From assembly GCA_964188305.1 (NCBI GenBank), contig OZ076885.1: 64,000 nucleotides of DNA; one strand, given 5' to 3'. The notes under the pieces were generated by a model. It was given only the letters and a program-made list of their open reading frames with translations, was not told the origin of the DNA and made no database searches. Source of the DNA: Podarcis bocagei (taxonomy: Eukaryota). Of the stretch, positions 58,433-64,000 are shown one piece after another; position 1 is the first letter of the stretch; each line of letters begins with the position of its first letter. The position numbers were made by a program, and so were the translations under genes.

Positions 58433-59407
58433 GTAAGTCTTGTACGCTATCTAAATATGTGCATTCATTCATTTTTCCCAAAAGGCACTGCCGTCATCAT
58501 CATTATTACCTTACACTCATATTGTACTTTAACATTAAAACTTTAATTCTATAATAACCCAGCAGAAAAACCTTGCAGAAGGAAATGGCTAAATTACATT
58601 TGCTGATTGTTGCATCTGAGTGCAACATCCTAAAAAGAAAAAGAAAAAGCTAAGACAATCCATGCTAGTTGACTGTAAAACTTGCCATATCAGACTTTTC
58701 TATTCTGTTCTCTCCTTGTGTCTTAAAGTGTGTGAAGTGGGTGGTAATTACAAATAATAAATCCTTGAGATATATGGGTACACTGAGCTGGTAAGATCAT
58801 CATTGACAAAAGCAAATGCTTAAATAATCCACCAGTAAAATAAATTGCAGATGAATTCGTACATAAAAAGCGGAAAAAGAAGAACACATTTTCTTTAAGT
58901 CTTTCCATATACACAAAACCCACCCGCACTCTCTACAAGTTTCAAGCATGCGCATCTACACATTTAGGGTATAACACAGAGATAATATTTACATATCATG
59001 AAGGCAGTTTCGTTTTATTGGGATGTGGCTTTCCAGGGACCAAGCTAAACTTTACTACTCACAAGGGGTTCTGAATTCACTTAAAGGCATGCTGGGAGAA
59101 CCAAGCTAACTGCCCCTGCCCCCATTTTTCATCCCAGTTTGCCCCCTTTGTGTGGTCAAGAAAAATACATGTAACAGCTGATTTAGTAGCTCTCAGGCTG
59201 CAATCCTAGTCACATTTACCTGGGAGTAAGTACAGCTGAAATCATGGGACTTCATTTCAAGTAACTGTGAACAAGATCAGGCTGCATATTGCAACTGAAG
59301 CCTCCGAGTAAAGATATGGCGGAGGAGAAAATTAGAGGCATTAAACAAATTAACTTTCTGTATGATTTGGTAAGCTCCACTAACATTTGCATATCCTCTT
59401 TTTATAG

Positions 59408-59707
59408 GTCCTCCTGATGCACCTGATAAACCTCTAGTAGAGGATCCAACTAGCAGTAGTCTGTTGGTTAAGTGGAATGAGCCTAAAGACAATGGTAGCC
59501 CCATTTTGGGATACTGGATTGAAAAGCGTGAAATCAATGGAACCCACTGGGCCCGTGTGAACAAAGAGCGTGTGAATGCCCTGGAAACTAGAGTTGAAGG
59601 ACTTTTAGAAGGTCTAACTTACGTTTTTAGAGTTTGTGCTGAAAATGCAGCTGGCCTTGGCAAATTCAGTCCCCCTTCAGATCCTAAAACTGCACAAGAC
59701 CCAATAT
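59408..59707 (+). CDS. TTN: TTN Fn3 A6
   Basis: PPDAPDKPLVED..AQDPI. Confidence 0.95.
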
Positions 59708-59799
59708 GTAAGTTGTTAGATAGAGAATATTATCCCTTAGTTTGAAAAGGGAAGTTTTCAGTCTATTAATCTCTCTCTATATGTATTTTTTTCTTTTAG

Positions 59800-60096
59800 T
59801 GCCTCCTGGCCCACCTGTTCCAAGAATTGTTGATACAAGCTCAACATCTATTGACGTTGAATGGGACGCTCCGCTATACAATGGGGGTAGTGAAATCACT
59901 GGCTACCATGTTTACAAGAATTTTGTCGGCTCAAATGAATGGTCTCGCTGCACAGAAAGACCTATTAAGGTTCGGAGCTATATAGTTAAAGGAATTAGAG
60001 AAGGTGCAGATTACAAACTTCGTATTACTGCCCTTAATGTTGCTGGGGAAGGACCTCCTGGAGAGACAGAGCCTGTAACAGTTGCAGAGCCTCAAG
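59800..60096 (+). CDS. TTN: TTN Fn3 A7
   Basis: PPGPPVPRIV..VAEPQ. Confidence 0.95.
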
Positions 60097-60189
60097 GTAC
60101 TGTGATTATGTAATTTAAAATGAAAAGCTAACGTGAAATAGTTTGTGGGATTGTAAATTAATTAATTCTCTCTCTTTTTCCTTATACAG

Positions 60190-60474
60190 AGCCTCCCACT
60201 GTTGAATTTGATATTTCTGTCAGGGCAGGAGTTCAGATATTGGCAGGTCAAGCTCTTAAACTGCCTGCTGTTGTTACTGGACGACCTACCCCTACAATTG
60301 TGTGGACTTTAGAGGATGCAGATGTTGACAAAGAGCGAGTTGTGATTGAAAATGTTGGCACTTCATCTGAGCTATTTATCAAAAATGCACTCAGAAAAGA
60401 CCACGGAAGATACGTGATTACTGCCACTAACGAAAGTGGTTCTAAATTTGCTGCAACCAGAGCAGAAATATTTG
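60190..60474 (+). CDS. TTN: TTN Ig A8
   Basis: EPPTVEFDISVRAG..RAEIF. Confidence 0.95.
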
Positions 60475-60557
60475 GTAAGAAATGCTACATAGAGTGAAAC
60501 GATGAATATATTAAGTATTTGGCCTTCCTTAATTACATCTCATGTCTTCTTTTCCAG

Positions 60558-60851
60558 ATGTTCCTGGACCGGTTACTGACTTGCATCCTGTGGTGGTAAA
60601 TAGAAAGATGTGTCTACTTAACTGGGATGATCCCAAAGATGACGGAGGAAGTGAGATCATAGGTTTCCTTGTAGAGAGGAAAGATGCCAAAATGCATACA
60701 TGGAGACTAGCCATAGATACAGACAGATCTAAGTGTGATATAACAGGTCTTGTTGAAGGACAAGAATATAAGTTCCGTGTCTTCGCCAAGAACAAGTTTG
60801 GCTGTGGACCACCTGTTGAACTGGGACCCCTCCTTGCTGTTGACCCCAAAG
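60558..60851 (+). CDS. TTN: TTN Fn3 A9
   Basis: DVPGPVTDLHP..AVDPK. Confidence 0.95.
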
Positions 60852-61561
60852 GTAAAACTTCTTGTATTGATAAAAACCATCAGAACACTTGGGAACAGAG
60901 GATCCCCCTCCCGTAATTTCAACTTTTTTAACACCATTCAAAATATATATTTATATCCTTTATAATCACAACACTCCGTGTGTGTGTGTGCGTGCGTGCG
61001 CATTCTTGCAGTTGAACCCAGAACCTGTCAGTTTCTTGAAAGAGAACTTTTCTAGAGTCAGGATAACTGAAAACCTAGTGCTGCCCATGTTCATTCCTGT
61101 GTGGAAATACTTTTTTTATATAAAAAAAAGAAAATAATCCTACAAGGGCAAAATGTTGCATGCAAAGATGCTCTGATGTAAAACTTTTCTGTAGCTGCTC
61201 TAGATTTACAAAATCCAATTTCTCCACACACCTCTTTCCCACTTCCAGCATTTCACTGGAGTCGCACCAATGAATTTTGGAGTTAGTATAACATTGCCCC
61301 ATTTAATTTAGTATTTAATGACAGTTTTAAACTGAGGATGGAGAGGTGGGTTTCAGTAAACATCTGCAGAGCTTCCCTCCTCTTTAAATAGCATGTTGCA
61401 TGTCCCTAGCCTTGGAGGCAGGGGAATATAAACCGAAATAAATAAAACAATGTATTTTTACCTTGTTTGCTGGTGAAACTGCTGCACAGTAAACGTGACG
61501 TGAAAAAACAAGGGTTTATTTTTCAAATTTAACTTATCATTTTTCATTCTTGCCACAACAG

Positions 61562-61861
61562 GTCCTCCAACTGCTCCTGAGAGGTTCATGTACACAGAGA
61601 GAACAAAAAACTCTGTTACACTTGACTGGAAGCCTCCCCGTAATGATGGTGGAAGCCCCATCATCGGCTACATTGTTGACAAAAGAAGACATGACTCAAA
61701 TGAATTCGAAAGAGTCAATAAGAGACTCTGTCCAACTACATCCCTTCTTGTGGACAATCTTGCTGAGCTGCATATGTATGAGTTCCGAGTCAAGGCTGTC
61801 AACGAGATTGGAGAAAGTGAACCATCACTGCCCCTTAATGTAGTCGTACAGGATGATGAAG
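61562..61861 (+). CDS. TTN: TTN Fn3 A10
   Basis: GPPTAPERFMY..VQDDE. Confidence 0.95.
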
Positions 61862-61989
61862 GTGAGGCTCTTTAATATAAATGTGTACACTTTACCTATA
61901 GATGTGAACATTTGGTGTCTGCTAGACGCCTCACTATATTTTTGAGAATTACATGGTTAATCACTTTTGCATTCATTTTCTTTTTTCAG

Positions 61990-62298
61990 AACCTCCCACA
62001 GTGACATTGCGTCTATCTGTTAGAGGAGATACTATCAAAGTTATGGCAGGGCAACCAGTCAACATTCCAGCAGACGTGACAGGTCTTCCAATGCCAAAGA
62101 TTGAATGGTCTAAAGATGATGTTGTTATTGATAAAACATCAGATGCCCTTAAGATCACCAAAAAGGAAACAAGTAGAACAGAGGCGAAAACTGAACTCAG
62201 CATGCCTGCAGCAGTTAGGAATGATAAAGGCACTTACACGGTTTCAGCTTCTAATCGTCTTGGCACCGCATACCGCAATGTTCACGTTGAAGTATTTG
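61990..62298 (+). CDS. TTN: TTN Ig A11
   Basis: EPPTVTLRLSVRGD..HVEVF. Confidence 0.95.
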
Positions 62299-62383
62299 GT
62301 ATGTATCTAGCTTCTTGCTTAAAAGGCCAAAGTTTTCTTACTTTATTTCTACCATAACACAATACTAAATTGGTTTTATTTAG

Positions 62384-62574
62384 ATCGTCCTTCTCCACCG
62401 AGAAATCTCACCGTATCGGATATTAAAGCTGAATCTTGCTGTTTGACTTGGGATGCCCCACTCGATAATGGTGGCAGTGAGATTACACACTACATTATTG
62501 AGAAGCGTGATGCAAGCAAAAAGAAGTCTGACTGGGAGGAAGTATCCAGCACTGTTGTGGATAGACGATTTGGG
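62384..62574 (+). CDS. TTN: TTN Fn3 A12, 5' half
   Basis: DRPSPPRNLTV..VVDRRFG. Confidence 0.94.
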
Positions 62575-62941
62575 GTAATGCTTCAATCTTGATTTCATAG
62601 GCGAAAGGAATAGTCTTTAAATGAAAAATGACCATTTATAAAATTGTTGAGCTGAATGTTAACACTGTTCATCTTCCAGATTTCCTATTTTTACGTCTGC
62701 CTTCCATTTAATGCCAAAATAGGTATTCCTATACTCTGTATTGAATGGTACTTCGCTCCCTTCAGAGTCGGGTTAGTAGCAGTTGGTGCAGATATGCCAA
62801 TGATGTATAGAGTTGTTAAGCATCAGAGCAACAAGCAGGTGGTTTTTTCAAGAACTGTTTTAAGATGTCCATATGATGGCATCTAACTTCATGGAAAACA
62901 TCCAAAATACACTAAAACCAGTTCTGAGAATTGGTTTTACA

Positions 62942-63345
62942 CATATCATAGGATCAAACAGTTGGATGGGTCCTTTTTGAGTTTGAGGGGTCTGCCTAGT
63001 CAAATCCCTTGCTCAGTGCAGAAAAATGAGAACCTGGGCACTCCCAACAGATGGCTGTTTAGATTCTGCTTAAGACCTCCAGTGAAGAAGAACCCAATGT
63101 TCATTGACTCCATTGTCAAACTTTTAAGAGGTTTCTCCTAATGTTCAACTGAAACGTGCCCTCCTTTAGCTTATGAGATCTAGATGTTTATGCCCTCTGT
63201 ATGACATCTCCTCAGGTATTTGTAATATGTTGACATGCCCCCCTTCAGACATCTCCCCACCAAGTTAAACAAACCCAATTACTTCATCCTTTCTTTTTAA
63301 GTCTTGTTTTCCATACCACTGACCACCTTTGTTGCCCTCCTTTGT
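62942..63345 (-). mobile_element. Old CR1 LINE 3' fragment
   Basis: atcataggatc..agttggatggg..ctctgcttaa-like..acctccagtgaagaagaaccc..tccattgtcaaac..ttctcctaatgttcaactgaaa. Confidence 0.6.
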
Positions 63346-63454
63346 GAGGTGACCTTTGGCTATTCTTTGTTTAAAGTCCTGGAAACAACACAGGGAATTG
63401 ATATGAAACTGATTTTAAGAAATAATAATGTATCATGTTTCTTTTACTTTTCAG

Positions 63455-63884
63455 GTCTATAAACTGGCAACAAATGGACAATATCAATTTAGAGTGAGGG
63501 CCGTTAACAGGTTTGGGACAAGTGACGAATGCCTTTCCGAAAAGGTAGTTATTAAGGATCCTTATGGTCTTCCTGGACCCCCTGGAAAACCAAAGGTTAC
63601 AGAACACACCAGGTCATCAATGCTGGTAACATGGACACCTCCACTAGACAATGGTGGAGCTCCAATTACTGGCTATTGGCTGGAAAAGAAAGAAGAAGGA
63701 GGTGTCTACTGGTCACGTGTCAGCAGAGCTCCAGTGACAAAACCAGCAGTGAAAGGACTGGAATACAATGTACTGCGTTTGATTGAAGGTGTGAAATACC
63801 AGTTCCGAGCTATGGCTGTGAATATTGCTGGAATTGGCCCTCCCAGTGAGCCATCAGATCTTTATGAAGCTGCAGATCCAATCT
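63455..63884 (+). CDS. TTN: TTN Fn3 A12 3' half plus A13
   Basis: VYKLATNGQYQFRVRAVN..PYGLPGPPGKP..AADPI. Confidence 0.95.
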
Positions 63885-64000
63885 GTAAGTATAAAGACAA
63901 GGAAGCAATAAGTAACACAAAATGCCAACTTTGTAATTTTTGTTCAATTTGTCCTGAACCTGATTTGATAGAGGTTCTGTGATTTCAGTGCAAGAGCTCT

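Larger units (their letters stand above)
1..64000 (+). other. TTN: Titin gene, internal segment (C-terminal PEVK, distal I-band Ig, I/A junction, start of A-band); about 90 exons
   Basis: Spliced exons give PPAK-type PEVK repeats, the PEVK end sequence ERRKLRPGSGGEKPPDE, the I91/I27 domain and the Ig/Fn3 super-repeat order, all collinear with vertebrate titin. Confidence 0.99.

Overview
The whole 64-kb window lies inside one vertebrate gene on the + strand: titin (TTN). It has neither the start nor the end of the gene. The intronic repeats (Sauria SINEs, Squam2/POM-like and Squam3-like SINEs, lizard-type L2/CR1 ends, hAT and Tc1/mariner MITEs) point to a squamate, most likely a lacertid lizard. 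I resolved about 90 coding exons by hand. 1-24 kb is the C-terminal half of the PEVK spring: 30 small phase-1 exons plus two giant internally repeated exons of about 1.8 kb and 1.4 kb. 25-44 kb is the distal tandem-Ig I-band (I84-I105, including I91/I27). 44-55.6 kb is the Fn3-rich I/A junction (I106-I118). 55.7-64 kb is the start of the A-band D-zone super-repeats (A1-A13). Domain and exon numbers are inferred by counting against the mammalian layout from memory. There are two N gaps. I saw no prokaryotic-type systems, CRISPR arrays or RNA genes. The best leads are: (i) a candidate internal Cronos-type promoter with an in-frame ATG and uORF, plus a dense cardiac/muscle TF-site cluster in the next intron; (ii) a 1.4-kb PEVK exon whose canonical acceptor reads into an in-frame TAA that two downstream in-frame AGs could bypass; (iii) a 16-nt PEVK-specific acceptor cassette ACTAATATCTTTAAAG repeated verbatim; (iv) two giant intronless PEVK expansions; (v) an RBFOX-motif cluster around a symmetric Ig exon and an inverted L2 pair around an in-frame three-exon block.
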